A stretch of 64,000 nucleotides of DNA from an uncultured virus (IMG/VR IMGVR_UViG_3300006149_000734) (Duplodnaviria; Heunggongvirae; Uroviricota; Caudoviricetes). Below, piece after piece: positions 47,086 through 55,496 of the stretch. Each line of letters opens with the position of its first letter. The stretch's first letter is position 1. A program made the position numbers and the translations under genes. The DNA lies in IMG/VR virus record IMGVR_UViG_3300006149_000734; one strand, 5' to 3'. The notes under the pieces were generated by a model. That model was given only the letters and a program-made list of their open reading frames with translations, searched no databases and was not told where the DNA came from.

Positions 47086-47366
47086 CCTTTTTGTCGCTCC
47101 TTCCCGCGTCCGTGGATGTACTCTGCCTGTTGCTCATCCTTCTTGAGTTCCCGCAAATCCAGCACAAAATCCTGCACCGTGCGGGAAATAATCAGGTAAA
47201 ACAAGGGGAGAAGCAGGGCGAATCCCTCACCGCCTATCGCTTTGTACCCGCGTTCTGCGTATGCGACCTCTGATCCAAAGTGGAACAGGATAATCCCGGC
47301 GATGGTCAGCAGTATGTACTTCACCAGCGTGTCCTTCCATGTTTTTTTGCGCTTTCGGTTATTCAT
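47082..47366 (-). CDS. Membrane protein
   Basis: Two TMs, ERGYKAIGGE. Confidence 0.75.
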   Translation of the reverse strand: MNNRKRKKTWKDTLVKYILLTIAGIILFHFGSEVAYAERGYKAIGGEGFALLLPLFYLIISRTVQDFVLDLRELKKDEQQAEYIHGRGKERQKG

Positions 47367-47505
47367 TGTTGTCCGTTCCTTTCTCCCAATATGGGCAGTC
47401 GGTATGGTCTGCGTCCACGAAATCTGCCCGGTGTGGGCTGTCTCCGTTGCAGCATACGCCCTCGTAGCTGGCGTACCAGTGGCAATCTGCGCACCGCCTA
47501 TTCAT
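47359..47505 (-). CDS. Small Cys-rich protein (48 aa)
   Basis: Not in ORF track; overlaps both neighbours. Confidence 0.55.
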   Translation of the reverse strand: MNRRCADCHWYASYEGVCCNGDSPHRADFVDADHTDCPYWEKGTDNNE

Positions 47506-47677
47506 TGCGCTTCCTCCTGTTCCACGCTCTCACGGTCGGTGCGTAATATCCGCAGTTTACGCACGTCACCCCGTGAAGCTGTCCAAAGAGGCGAAGCAGT
47601 TTCGGTGTCCCGATTGTGAACGCTTTTCCCCTTGCGAGAGAAACGCTCCCGCATTTCGGGCATTTCTTTGGTCTCAT
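47498..47677 (-). CDS. Lar-like zinc-ribbon protein
   Basis: CPKCG..CVNCG..AWNRR. Confidence 0.65.
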   Translation of the reverse strand: MRPKKCPKCGSVSLARGKAFTIGTPKLLRLFGQLHGVTCVNCGYYAPTVRAWNRRKRNE

Positions 47678-47937
47678 TTCTCTGTCCCTCCGTCCTGCGT
47701 GAACAGGCTTGTCTGGTTCCGTTCCTCGCACCACTCCGGCATGACCGGGTATAATTCCCATTCCTCTCCGTCTACCTCGTAGTAGATGATTCCGTACCCG
47801 TTCGGTCCCGGCTGGACGGGCTTCCCATCCAGAATGTCCAAGTGCTTCTGTCCGAGTTGCTGGATCAGGGGCTTTCCGGTTTTCGATGCCCGGAACGCTG
47901 CGCTGCTGAACACCAGATTTTCTTCGGTTGCGCTCAT
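47674..47937 (-). CDS. Hypothetical protein
   Basis: ATGA overlaps at both ends. Confidence 0.65.
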   Translation of the reverse strand: MSATEENLVFSSAAFRASKTGKPLIQQLGQKHLDILDGKPVQPGPNGYGIIYYEVDGEEWELYPVMPEWCEERNQTSLFTQDGGTEK

Positions 47938-48353
47938 GGTTGTTCCCCCGTTCTCTTGTGTCCGACAATCCACGCCGGGGGAATAATCCCCCGGAATATG
48001 TACCAGCATTCGCTTCCCGCCCATCCTTCAATCAGGCTCTGGTTTTCCTCCCCCGGAAACTGTGCCATGAAGTCCGGCGCCCGGATGAGTTTCTTCCTGT
48101 GGCTGTACGGGATTACGATGGTCAGCCGATACGCCGTTCTGGAATAGGGGAGGACGATGCGGGTGTCCCAGCTTTGGCGGCTGGATGCTCCGTCCAGCGT
48201 CAGCCATTGCGTCTTTTCCTCTACTCGGAGTTTCCCGTCCTCCCATATCGGGGTGCATCCAAGCGTGAGACCGCTGTCCAGAATCGACTGCAGGGTGTGC
48301 GCCGCGCAGAAATGATACAGGGTAATTGGGCTTCCTGCCTTGCGTTGTTTCAT
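47934..48353 (-). CDS. Small putative ART-fold (Tpt1/KptA-like) protein
   Basis: LYHF..SILDSGL..WLT..GIIPP pattern. Confidence 0.55.
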   Translation of the reverse strand: MKQRKAGSPITLYHFCAAHTLQSILDSGLTLGCTPIWEDGKLRVEEKTQWLTLDGASSRQSWDTRIVLPYSRTAYRLTIVIPYSHRKKLIRAPDFMAQFPGEENQSLIEGWAGSECWYIFRGIIPPAWIVGHKRTGEQP

Positions 48354-48550
48354 CGTTCGTCCCCCTTCGGCTCCGGCACATCAAACGCCAGGTGCAGGAG
48401 GTAGTCGATCACCTTGAGCATGGCTACCTTTGGGACGCTGTTGTGCGTCTCCATTTTCAAGATTGTGTGGATGGCAGCTCCCTTTTCCTCATCGGTGTAA
48501 TCCGGGCTGTCGATTCTTGCGAAAATGGCGTATGCTTTCCCGAATTTCAT
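48350..48550 (-). CDS. Hypothetical protein
   Basis: RBS and overlap. Confidence 0.6.
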   Translation of the reverse strand: MKFGKAYAIFARIDSPDYTDEEKGAAIHTILKMETHNSVPKVAMLKVIDYLLHLAFDVPEPKGDER

Positions 48551-48563
48551 AATCATCCCCCTT

Positions 48564-48923
48564 TCAGTTGTCCACGTAGACGATGATGCATGGCTTCCAG
48601 TACGGTGCGTATAACTCCATCTCGGCTTTGATGTAGGCTGTGAATTCTTCATCCGTCCCGGTGAAGTCGCTACGGTTCTCGATTTCTTCCTCCAGTTCGT
48701 CCCGGTCGGTGAAGCAGATTTCATCGTTCACGGTCTGCGGGAAGTCCAGAAATTCGCCGATGCTGGCGGTCACGCTGGAGCAGCTCATGTAGCTGTAATC
48801 GCCGCTGTTGCAATCCTCCCCAGCGAACACCAGCAGGGGGAGTTCCGGGTTCTCCAGAATCAGTTGCCGCAGTTCGTCCGTGGCGTGGAGAAGTCCCGTG
48901 CGCTTCTTTTCGTATTCGTTCAT
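48564..48923 (-). CDS. Acidic hypothetical protein
   Basis: RBS GGAGG before MNEYEK. Confidence 0.65.
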   Translation of the reverse strand: MNEYEKKRTGLLHATDELRQLILENPELPLLVFAGEDCNSGDYSYMSCSSVTASIGEFLDFPQTVNDEICFTDRDELEEEIENRSDFTGTDEEFTAYIKAEMELYAPYWKPCIIVYVDN

Positions 48924-48925
48924 TG

Positions 48926-49207
48926 TCAAACCTCCAATCCTCGCACCGTGTCCAGTGCGTCCTCGATTGCGCTTATTGCTTCTTGCAGGGCATCCTTGTC
49001 CCACTTTGCCCGTTCCTGCGCTTTCTGGTACAGGTAGGCTTCGATGCTCCCATCCTCTGCCTGAAGCGCATAAGCCGTAGCCTTGTTGCCCTGTTCGCTG
49101 TTGAATTGGTCGATGCGTTCCTGCGCCGTTTCCATCGTCCAATCCTCCGGGGCTGTGTGGGCGCGGACGATTTTGCCGTCTGCGTCCCGGTAGTAAACGA
49201 TAATCAT
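48926..49207 (-). CDS. Hypothetical protein
   Basis: RBS GGAGG. Confidence 0.65.
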   Translation of the reverse strand: MIIVYYRDADGKIVRAHTAPEDWTMETAQERIDQFNSEQGNKATAYALQAEDGSIEAYLYQKAQERAKWDKDALQEAISAIEDALDTVRGLEV

Positions 49208-49401
49208 TTCGCATCCTCCGTATCGTCTTTCCTCGGCCAGTAGGCTCTGGTCACATCCACGCTGTACCAGAACGACTTGCCGCAGTGTTCGCATTCGGTC
49301 AGGCAGCAGTTTGCGGATATTTCGTCATCCTCGTGCGTGTCCTGCGCTCTGCCGCAGTAAGGGCAGTGCAGGATTTCCGCTCCATCGAAATCATCAATCA
49401 T
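49204..49401 (-). CDS. Zinc-ribbon protein
   Basis: CPYCG..CEHCG. Confidence 0.65.
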   Translation of the reverse strand: MIDDFDGAEILHCPYCGRAQDTHEDDEISANCCLTECEHCGKSFWYSVDVTRAYWPRKDDTEDAK

Positions 49402-49780
49402 GGCTTTCCTCCCCTTCGTCCATCTTTGCGCCGCAGTGTTCGCAGTAACTCTCTGCGTCTCCGTAGCACCTTTTCCCGCACACGGAGCAGTAAGGCTCAT
49501 TGCTCTCGTACCGTTCGTCTATCGTCACCGTGTGTTCTACGCCCATGCTGTCTTTTCCGGTGTACCTGTGGATTCCTCCCATTCCGCGGCGTTTCCAAAT
49601 CCACCGCCCGTGCCGGACGGGTTCTGCGTCCACGGCAGGAATGGTGCCGGGGTTCTGGATGGCCTTGATTGCGTCCTGTACTCCGGCGTTGTACCCTGCG
49701 CCGTAGGGCATGATGGCTTTCGGGTCTGTCCAACCCTGCAGGAGTTCCAGCACCGCTTTCCGGCTTATCAGGTCAGTCAT
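49394..49780 (-). CDS. Phage zinc-ribbon protein
   Basis: DLISR..VRHGRW..CSVCG..YCEHCGAKMD. Confidence 0.75.
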   Translation of the reverse strand: MTDLISRKAVLELLQGWTDPKAIMPYGAGYNAGVQDAIKAIQNPGTIPAVDAEPVRHGRWIWKRRGMGGIHRYTGKDSMGVEHTVTIDERYESNEPYCSVCGKRCYGDAESYCEHCGAKMDEGEESHD

Positions 49781-50201
49781 CGCCGCCGCCCTCCCTTTCT
49801 CCGCTGTCCTCAAAAATCACGGTATCGCCGGAATCAAAGCCGAGTTCCTGGCATTTCTCCATCGTGGATGTGCCGCCGCTGTGGTGCGTAGTCCAAAGCA
49901 GAAGTCGCTGGACGATGTGGAAGTAGCTGTATTCCACCGAGAATCGTTCTTCCTCTGTGTCTGGGTTAATGCCCATGAATTCCAGGTACGTTTCAAACTG
50001 CCCGGTCAGTTCCTGCATCAGTGCGATGCAGCCCTTCACGATTTCAGTTTCGCTGTGGCTCTCCGTGTCTTTGTTGGCGTTCGCCGCTTTCACGAGTGCT
50101 TCCAGCTTCTCGTATTCCTCTTTGGTTGCCACCTCGATAACGGCGTATGGCTCCGGCTTTTCTATCCATGTGCCGCTGGCTTTGTCGTACATCAAATCCA
50201 T
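49773..50201 (-). CDS. Hypothetical protein
   Basis: Operon context. Confidence 0.6.
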   Translation of the reverse strand: MDLMYDKASGTWIEKPEPYAVIEVATKEEYEKLEALVKAANANKDTESHSETEIVKGCIALMQELTGQFETYLEFMGINPDTEEERFSVEYSYFHIVQRLLLWTTHHSGGTSTMEKCQELGFDSGDTVIFEDSGEREGGGDD

Positions 50202-50214
50202 CTCATGTCCCCCA

Positions 50215-51063
50215 TCATGTCGCTGGCATCAGCGTGTCCTGCGCTGCGGTTGCCCCTGCTTCCTGCGATGCGCCTTTCGCCGTGCTGGTCTCCCAGGGCA
50301 ATTCCCGGCGCATATTTTCCTCCCCGACAATCGGGATCAGGCTGTCCTTCATGAAAACCGCTGCCCGTGTCAGGTCTGCCGCTTCGCAGATGTTGTCCAC
50401 CCACGCTTTCTCCGGCACGATCTTCTCTTTGCGCTGTCCTGTCTCTGCGCCGATGATGATCCACCTGTCCCCGCCGAAACTGCCCAGCCCTGCGTCCAGA
50501 TTTTCGTGCAACGGCTCGATGCTCAGGAAGGTGTTCAGCCGGATATGTCCGTTGAACCGCCTGTCGCTCTTGCTGGTAACGGTGGAGCCGTACCAGAAGT
50601 TATCCTCCCGTGGCAGGAGTGCCAGTCTGTCCAGTTCTGCGTATCTGCGGGGGTTCTTCGTCAGGAAGATGTACCTGTGCTGCGGGGCGGCTTGGCAAGC
50701 GTCCAGCACCTCCACGATCCATTTTGTCGGCACCCATGCGCCGAACAGGTCGGCCATCGAGCAGACGAAGATGGTCTGCGGGTTTACCCACTTTTTCGGC
50801 TGCTCCAGCCTGTACCTGTGGAACGTAGGCTCGAAGCCGAAGGGGTAGGGGGCTACCGTCTTGTGTCCGGGTTGACCTTTGCGAACGTGTTTGCTGAGTT
50901 CATGACAGCCGTTTCCCAGTTGCACCACTCCGCCCTGATTCTCCGGGTCGTACCCGCTGAACCGCTCCGCCATTCTCCGGGCGTAGCAGTACGGGCATTT
51001 GTGGCGGCATCCCGTGATGGGATTCCATGTGGAATCGCACCACTCGATTTTTGTCTTTAACAT
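50215..51063 (-). CDS. DUF5131 (Gp37/Gp68) radical-SAM-like protein
   Basis: WNPITGC..CPYCYA, SMADLF, LTKNP, IIGAETG. Confidence 0.9.
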   Translation of the reverse strand: MLKTKIEWCDSTWNPITGCRHKCPYCYARRMAERFSGYDPENQGGVVQLGNGCHELSKHVRKGQPGHKTVAPYPFGFEPTFHRYRLEQPKKWVNPQTIFVCSMADLFGAWVPTKWIVEVLDACQAAPQHRYIFLTKNPRRYAELDRLALLPREDNFWYGSTVTSKSDRRFNGHIRLNTFLSIEPLHENLDAGLGSFGGDRWIIIGAETGQRKEKIVPEKAWVDNICEAADLTRAAVFMKDSLIPIVGEENMRRELPWETSTAKGASQEAGATAAQDTLMPAT

Positions 51064-51066
51064 TGT

Positions 51067-51261
51067 TCATTCCTCGCTTTCGGTTTTTTCTATGGCATCA
51101 AGCAGACTTATCTGCCCGTCCAGCGGTTGTTGATCCAGTTCTTTTTCCTTCGCTTTCCTGGCGCATTGGCATCCGTATCCGCGCTTGACTGATTCCTCGC
51201 TCACCAGAATTCTTCCGCATTCCTTGCACCGCCTTGCTGTGAGCGTGAAGTATTCGCTCAT
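51067..51261 (-). CDS. Small zinc-finger protein
   Basis: CKECGR..GYGCQC. Confidence 0.7.
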   Translation of the reverse strand: MSEYFTLTARRCKECGRILVSEESVKRGYGCQCARKAKEKELDQQPLDGQISLLDAIEKTESEE

Positions 51262-51285
51262 CCGCTTTACCTCGCTTTCGGTCTG

Positions 51286-51831
51286 TCATGTTTCGCTTTC
51301 CCCGTTCAGCCAGTTGGTTATGCATTCCCCGCACGATGTATCGCAGTCCGGGTGTTTCTGGCTATACTCCATCGGGCAGAATCGCCGCTCATTCTTGTTC
51401 AGTTCCATAGCCATGTCTGCCGGAGTAGTGCAAGCCCTGATCCGGTCGAACCGGGTAGCGGATACCTTGGCGAGTTCTTCCAAGTGCCGCATGGCTACCT
51501 GTGCCGCCGTTTCGGGCTGTTCGCTGTCATCTGCGAAGCCGCGCCACTTCCACCAGCTGTAGCCAGCGCAGTCCTTCGCCCCCGGTCTGAAGCATCGTCC
51601 GGCTGCCCAGTGGATGCAGGATCGGCAAGTGTTCCCGGTCGAAAAATTCCAGATGTCCTTCACCGCTGCCGCCAGAAGCGTTTCCAGTTCCTCAATCCGG
51701 GCGGCTGCGTACAGGCACATCGGGTCATCCCCCAGCCGCAGGATGTCTTTGATTTTCTGGTTCATCTCCGGGTAGGTATGGATTTCCATGCTTCTCGCCC
51801 TCTTTTCTTGCGTTTTAGTTCGTTTGACCAT
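51286..51831 (-). CDS. Cys-rich hypothetical protein
   Basis: Operon context. Confidence 0.6.
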   Translation of the reverse strand: MVKRTKTQEKRARSMEIHTYPEMNQKIKDILRLGDDPMCLYAAARIEELETLLAAAVKDIWNFSTGNTCRSCIHWAAGRCFRPGAKDCAGYSWWKWRGFADDSEQPETAAQVAMRHLEELAKVSATRFDRIRACTTPADMAMELNKNERRFCPMEYSQKHPDCDTSCGECITNWLNGESET

Positions 51832-53764
51832 TTATGTTGTCTAAATAATCGAAAATTGTTAGTTGTTCGTATTCCGGCTGTTGATTATTTGCCATCGGCG
51901 GCTCGTGTGCCTTTATTCTGCTGTGCTTTACATCGCAGGATGGCTCCGCCAGCATTTCCTCTGCTATCCCTGCGAGGACGTGGTATGCGTTCGGTATTGC
52001 CAGCGAGTTGCCCCACATCTTGTACTCTGCGCTGTCGTTTCGGGGGTCTTGCAGCCACTTGCGCACCTGTTTCCGGGTTTTCGGTTTCGTGTCCGGCTTC
52101 GTGACCTTTCGGTGCGTCTCGAACACGTCCATCCACCAGTCGATTTCTTCCTCTGTCGGTTCCGGTGTTTCCAGTCCATCGAGCCAGTCATCCGGGTAGC
52201 CCTGCAATCTACCGCATTCCAGCGGGATGAGCCGCCGCACTATGTACGGGTATCCGCTTTCGTCCTGCGGCTCCAGCAGAATCTGTGCGTCATGCATACA
52301 GTTCAGCGTCCGGGCTTTATCGTCCAGTGATAAATCGTGGACTTGCCCGTTGCCTATGGTGAACGGCTGCCCTGGCGCACATACGGCGTGCTGATCCGAG
52401 GTGTTGAGCGTGAAGCACACGCCTTCGTTGATGCCGTCCCCCTGCGGGCCGTTCTCTTTCCTGCGTCCTATCATGCTCCCCTGGATGGCGATGGTCGGAT
52501 GCGCCACAAAGCCCTGCGTGTCCTCTGCCGTGAGCGTGTGGGCTGTTTCCTCGCTTGCTGTGAAGCAGTCCCTTGCTATCGAGAACGCTGGTTGCACCAC
52601 CAGCGGCTGATTGCCGCCACCTGTGCCGTACTTTGCGACCACCGTTTGTGCGATGTCCCCGCTGTCTCTGAACCGGGTATCTTGCCCGTGGTTCTCGAAA
52701 ACTCGCGCCACGATGAGGTTGCCGCCCTGATTGCACGTTGCGTCCCCGCCGTTCGTGTTCAGCGTCCGCGCCACTCTTGCCGGGTAGCACCCGCTGTCCG
52801 GGTTCGGGCTTTGCCATGCGTTGCTTGCTCTGCTGGACAGCCCGTATGCCGCTGGGAGCATCACGCCGACCGTTGCCTGGCCCCCTGTCGGATTACCTGT
52901 CCCGATGCAGGGGGATTTTTCCTCATCGGTTATCGGGTCTTGCGTCAGGTGAAATGCTACCATCGGCGGGGGGCCGTGCATCTCGGAGCGGAGCGTCCCG
53001 GCTATGCCCTCGGATACCTCCATGCGGCTGCCGCCCTGGTCGTTTAGGCAGACTGCCCTGCCTGATTCCTCAAGGTGCTTTCCAGCAGTTCCGGCAGTTT
53101 CTTCCCCCGCTCCTGCGCCCTGCGGAGAATCCCCGCACAGGCGGTCGCACTCAAATTGTATTTTTCCGGCACTGTTTCCTCCAAAATCTGCGACAAGGTA
53201 GATTCTCTTTCTTCGCTGGGGTACTCCCCAAAATTGAGCATCGTACACCCTGTAGGCAAGAGACCAGCCGTTTCCGCCGTAGAGGTCTGCCATCGGCCAT
53301 CGCTTGTCAGGTAGTGGCACATCGGGGGCGTTTGGCTCTGCGATTCGGATGATCTCTGTAAGGACTGCCTGGAAGTCCCGCCCTGCGTTGCTGCTAAAGG
53401 CTCCGGGGACATTCTCCCAGACGATGTATCTCGGTTTCCGTCCATGTGTCTTTTCCCTCATTTCCTTGATGATTCGTATTGCTTCGAGGAACAGCCCCGA
53501 CCGCTCCCCGCTCAGTCCCTGCCGCCGGCCGGCTACGCTCAGGTCTTGACACGGGCTGCCAAAGGTCACGATGTCCACGGGTTCGATTTCGCCGCCGTTT
53601 ATCGCCGTAATGCTCCCCAGGTGCTTCATGTCCGGGAATCGCCGGGTTGTCACCCGGATGGGGAACGGTTCAATCTCCGAAGCCCACAGGGGCGTTATCC
53701 CTGCCATCGTTCCCGCCAGGGGGAAGCCCCCCGCACCGTCAAAAAGTGAGCCTAATGTCATCAT
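51815..53764 (-). CDS. C5-cytosine DNA methyltransferase with long variable region
   Basis: FDGAGG, GSPCQ, ENV, QRRKR, RLQGY, GNS. Confidence 0.95.
   Translation of the reverse strand: MMTLGSLFDGAGGFPLAGTMAGITPLWASEIEPFPIRVTTRRFPDMKHLGSITAINGGEIEPVDIVTFGSPCQDLSVAGRRQGLSGERSGLFLEAIRIIKEMREKTHGRKPRYIVWENVPGAFSSNAGRDFQAVLTEIIRIAEPNAPDVPLPDKRWPMADLYGGNGWSLAYRVYDAQFWGVPQRRKRIYLVADFGGNSAGKIQFECDRLCGDSPQGAGAGEETAGTAGKHLEESGRAVCLNDQGGSRMEVSEGIAGTLRSEMHGPPPMVAFHLTQDPITDEEKSPCIGTGNPTGGQATVGVMLPAAYGLSSRASNAWQSPNPDSGCYPARVARTLNTNGGDATCNQGGNLIVARVFENHGQDTRFRDSGDIAQTVVAKYGTGGGNQPLVVQPAFSIARDCFTASEETAHTLTAEDTQGFVAHPTIAIQGSMIGRRKENGPQGDGINEGVCFTLNTSDQHAVCAPGQPFTIGNGQVHDLSLDDKARTLNCMHDAQILLEPQDESGYPYIVRRLIPLECGRLQGYPDDWLDGLETPEPTEEEIDWWMDVFETHRKVTKPDTKPKTRKQVRKWLQDPRNDSAEYKMWGNSLAIPNAYHVLAGIAEEMLAEPSCDVKHSRIKAHEPPMANNQQPEYEQLTIFDYLDNINGQTN
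53044..53445 (-). CDS. Nested alternative-frame ORF inside C5-MTase
   Basis: LSQILE..KYNLS..ACAGILRRA..RGK.LP; start uncertain. Confidence 0.5.
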   Translation of the reverse strand: MDGNRDTSSGRMSPEPLAATQGGTSRQSLQRSSESQSQTPPMCHYLTSDGRWQTSTAETAGLLPTGCTMLNFGEYPSEERESTLSQILEETVPEKYNLSATACAGILRRAQERGKKLPELLESTLRNQAGQSA

Positions 53765-53799
53765 ACCCGTTTCCTCGTTTCTCTGCGTTCTGCTTCCTG

Positions 53800-54372
53800 C
53801 TACCGCCCGATGCGCCAGAGCCTGTCAACCGTTGCGAGGTAGTCTATCGCCGCCGCGCCGCCCAGCTTCACCCGCCATTCCTCCGGCAGTTCGTCTTTGC
53901 GGACGCTTGCTTTCCCGGTCGTGTTCCAGTCCGTCCACATCGGGTTGAAGCACACGCTCCCGCCCTGCTTTGCTTCCCTTGCCGTGATCGCGGCTTGCCA
54001 GTAGCACCAGGGGATCAGGTAAAAATCCGAAAGCTGGAAGCTGATCAGCACAAAGCCTATCCCGTTGCCCTGCGCCGTCCAATCCCGCAGGAAATCGCAT
54101 TGATGCGGCTCTACCCGCTTCAAGTCTATCTTGTCTGCGGCGCAGTGCTTTGCTTCAAAGGCTATCGGCGTTCCTGCGTACTGCCCCATGAAATCCACCG
54201 TTGCCTTTTCCTCGTACTTTGCGCTCACGATCTGCCCTGTGCCGTTTCTGAGCGGCTTGCAGAGCGTGTGTTGTTTTGTTACGATTGCCCTCCCGGTCTG
54301 CTGGTATCTGTTGTTTGCGTACTCTATCAGCCCCTCGAAGGACATTCCCCGGTTTCCGTATGTGCTTGCTAT
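53800..54372 (-). CDS. recU: Holliday junction resolvase RecU
   Basis: NRGMSFE, TVDF, FEAK, HQ motifs; start uncertain. Confidence 0.88.
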   Translation of the reverse strand: MASTYGNRGMSFEGLIEYANNRYQQTGRAIVTKQHTLCKPLRNGTGQIVSAKYEEKATVDFMGQYAGTPIAFEAKHCAADKIDLKRVEPHQCDFLRDWTAQGNGIGFVLISFQLSDFYLIPWCYWQAAITAREAKQGGSVCFNPMWTDWNTTGKASVRKDELPEEWRVKLGGAAAIDYLATVDRLWRIGR

Positions 54373-55496
54373 TGCGCTCCCCTCCAATCCGGCCAGCTCA
54401 TCGTCAGCAGTCTGCACGTTTCGTGGAGCCGGCTTAAAATTGCCCGTATCCTGTGTTCGCCTACGCCTTTCGGACTTTCCACAGCTACCAGGTCGTTTTC
54501 GTTGAAATTCGTTGTGACGATCAGCGGCCGCTGGCACTCGTAGCGGTCGTTGATGATGGCGTAAAGCTGCGCCGTTGACCAGTCCGTTGCCTGTTCCTTG
54601 CCGATATCGTCAATCACCAGCAGTTCGCACGTTTTCAGCCTGTCAAGGACTTTCTTTTCCTCCTGCCCGGTATCGTCAAAGGTCGCTTTGATGTCCCGCA
54701 GAAGGTCATCCGCTGTCTTGAAAATCACGTTATGTCCCTGCTCCATCAGCTGGATCGCTATCGCCGCTGCGAGGTGCGTCTTTCCGGTCCCGAAGGTTCC
54801 CTCGATGTACAGCCCGTCCCCGTTCGCCATGTGCGCCGTGAAGTTATCGGCGTACTCTTTCGCCGTCCTGTGCGCTTTGGCTCTCCCCGCTGTGTCTGTC
54901 TGGAAGTTTGCGAATGTCCGGGCGAGGAATCGCTTTTTCATGCCGCTATGCGCCAGTGCGGTCTCTACTCGCTTCCTGCGGCTGAGTTCTTCCTCCTGCC
55001 GCCGTTCTTCCTCCTGCCGCCGCTGTTCCTCGGCTTCCAGTGCGTCCCATTTTGCCTTTGCCTGTTCGCACTCGCACCGCAGCGGCACATTCGACCATCG
55101 CTCCACTTCCCACTCGTATGCGCCGCTCTGCCGATGCCGCATGATGCCGATGTGTTCGAGTGTTGCGCCGCAGAATTCGCACCGTCCCGGCTCCGGGATC
55201 ACCAGCGGCTCTGCCTTGCGGTCGTAAAATCCCAAGTAGCCGCTATCGTCTCCCCAAGGGTTCAGCCCTTTGACTGTCATCCTGGTTTTATGCGACAGCC
55301 GCTGTATCTGCGTGACCGTGGCGTAATTCGGCGGGGTTGTCAGGCCGTTTGCGCCGTAGTACCCGTTGCCGAAATAGCAGACCGCCTGTTTAATTGTCAG
55401 TGTCTGTGTCGCTATCTGCGCTTCTAAAGCCTGTGCTTCGCTGGAAGTCAGCGTAACCGTCTGCGCCGCCGATTCTTTCCGTCTTTCTTCCGGCAT
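54369..55496 (-). CDS. DnaC/IstB-like helicase loader
   Basis: GTFGTGKT, LVIDDIGKE, TTN; N-terminal Cys ligands. Confidence 0.9.
   Translation of the reverse strand: MPEERRKESAAQTVTLTSSEAQALEAQIATQTLTIKQAVCYFGNGYYGANGLTTPPNYATVTQIQRLSHKTRMTVKGLNPWGDDSGYLGFYDRKAEPLVIPEPGRCEFCGATLEHIGIMRHRQSGAYEWEVERWSNVPLRCECEQAKAKWDALEAEEQRRQEEERRQEEELSRRKRVETALAHSGMKKRFLARTFANFQTDTAGRAKAHRTAKEYADNFTAHMANGDGLYIEGTFGTGKTHLAAAIAIQLMEQGHNVIFKTADDLLRDIKATFDDTGQEEKKVLDRLKTCELLVIDDIGKEQATDWSTAQLYAIINDRYECQRPLIVTTNFNENDLVAVESPKGVGEHRIRAILSRLHETCRLLTMSWPDWRGAQ

Noticed and set aside
51070..51285. TCGCTTTCGGT partial matches to the 17-mer
   Set aside because: Explained by GAAAGCGAGG ribosome-binding sites
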